Source: a virus | Length of the DNA: 64,000 bases | Direction: 5' to 3' (one strand) | Virus record (IMG/VR): IMGVR_UViG_3300020205_005279 | Location: 25,051 to 89,050 of that record | Shown: positions 63,381-64,000 of the stretch, one piece after another | Layout of the letters: every line of letters starts with the position of its first letter | Numbering within the stretch: position 1 is the stretch's first letter | Translations under genes and position numbers: made by a program | The notes under the pieces: model-generated | The model's database searches: none | Told to the model about the DNA's origin: nothing | What the model saw: only the letters and a program-made list of their open reading frames with translations

Positions 63381-63457
63381 TTTAAGCCCCCGTTCCTTGG
63401 AGGACCCTTGGTGGCCACCGGCACTCCAGATTATCAGCTCTGGCGCAAAGTGGCAAG

Positions 63458-63529
63458 TCGGGGTGGGAGGGATCGAACCTCCGACATCCTGCTCCCAAAG
63501 CAGGCGCGCTACCGCTGCGCTACACCCCG
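63458..63529 (-). tRNA. trnP: tRNA-Pro(TGG)
   Basis: CCTGC-TTTGGGA-GCAGG. Confidence 0.96.
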
Positions 63530-63531
63530 AG

Positions 63532-63912
63532 ATGCCCCGATTTTACACGTGAAACGTCTCAAGGACGGACAGAGGTGGGGGCTTGCTTTCAGCAGGGCCT
63601 GCATATTGGCCGGTAAGAGCGTTCGCTCCAGCAACACCAATGGCAAAACAGCCCTCAAGAAAGCACCACATATTAACGCCTGTGTTCGTGGCCGTGGCGG
63701 GAACTTAACGACGTATTCCATACGACTCCGGAGTCTAGAACGGAGAGTTTGTGGTGAGGCAACAGTTAAAGACTGCTGACAACCTTGACTCTATTAAAGC
63801 CAAGGGCCTCTCACAATATGCCAGGTTTCAATTTTTATCACCCAGGATTATGGAAACCTGTAAGACGGCATCCTGGGATTTTGGGTTTAGGAGTTAAGAA
63901 CTCCGCACCCCA
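63532..63912 (-). ncRNA. Large ornate ncRNA candidate (~380 nt), compact GOLLD-like
   Basis: Two interleaved perfect 8-bp helices (pseudoknot) and multi-branch junctions; lies between two tRNAs; no convincing ORF. Confidence 0.6.
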
Positions 63913-63984
63913 CTGGCCCGGCAGGGATCGAACCTGCGACAACTTGATTAACAGTCAAGCGTTCTACCGCTGAACTACAGGCCA
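63913..63984 (-). tRNA. trnN: tRNA-Asn(GTT)
   Basis: CTTGA-CTGTTAA-TCAAG. Confidence 0.95.
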
Positions 63985-64000
63985 TTGAATAGGGGGGGGG

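Noticed and set aside
63532-63912. tmRNA, RNase P RNA or group I intron
   Set aside because: No tRNA-like T-arm/CCA end, no GAGGAAAGTCC-type RNase P core, and both flanking tRNAs are complete

Overview
This window is part of a large lytic tailed phage with a contractile tail, very probably a cyanophage: it carries a hidden 50-aa CP12 gene, PhoH, Dps, cyanophage-type hypothetical proteins and mostly CCA-less tRNAs. Positions ~1-54 kb hold morphogenesis genes. A Mu/transposable-phage-type head and neck (DUF935 portal, protease with nested scaffold, DUF2190 cement, major capsid, gp36, gp37), the sheath, tube and baseplate hub are scattered over both strands. They are interleaved with giant fibre/spike proteins (LRR, PA14-like, beta-helix, Gly-rich), and many are preceded by a recurring GTTTAAA(G/T) late-promoter-like motif. 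An orphan aKG-HExxH RiPP-type peptide hydroxylase is translationally coupled into a virion gene run. Positions ~54.7-60.8 kb hold early/replication genes, including a mitochondrial Pol-gamma-like family A polymerase. Positions 60.8-64 kb form an 'RNA island': 15 tRNAs, an HNH nuclease fused to a replacement tRNA-Leu, an aberrant tRNA-like gene, and several large structured ncRNA candidates (compact GOLLD-like, abiF-like, manA-like). All family assignments are by eye from motifs; no searches were run.
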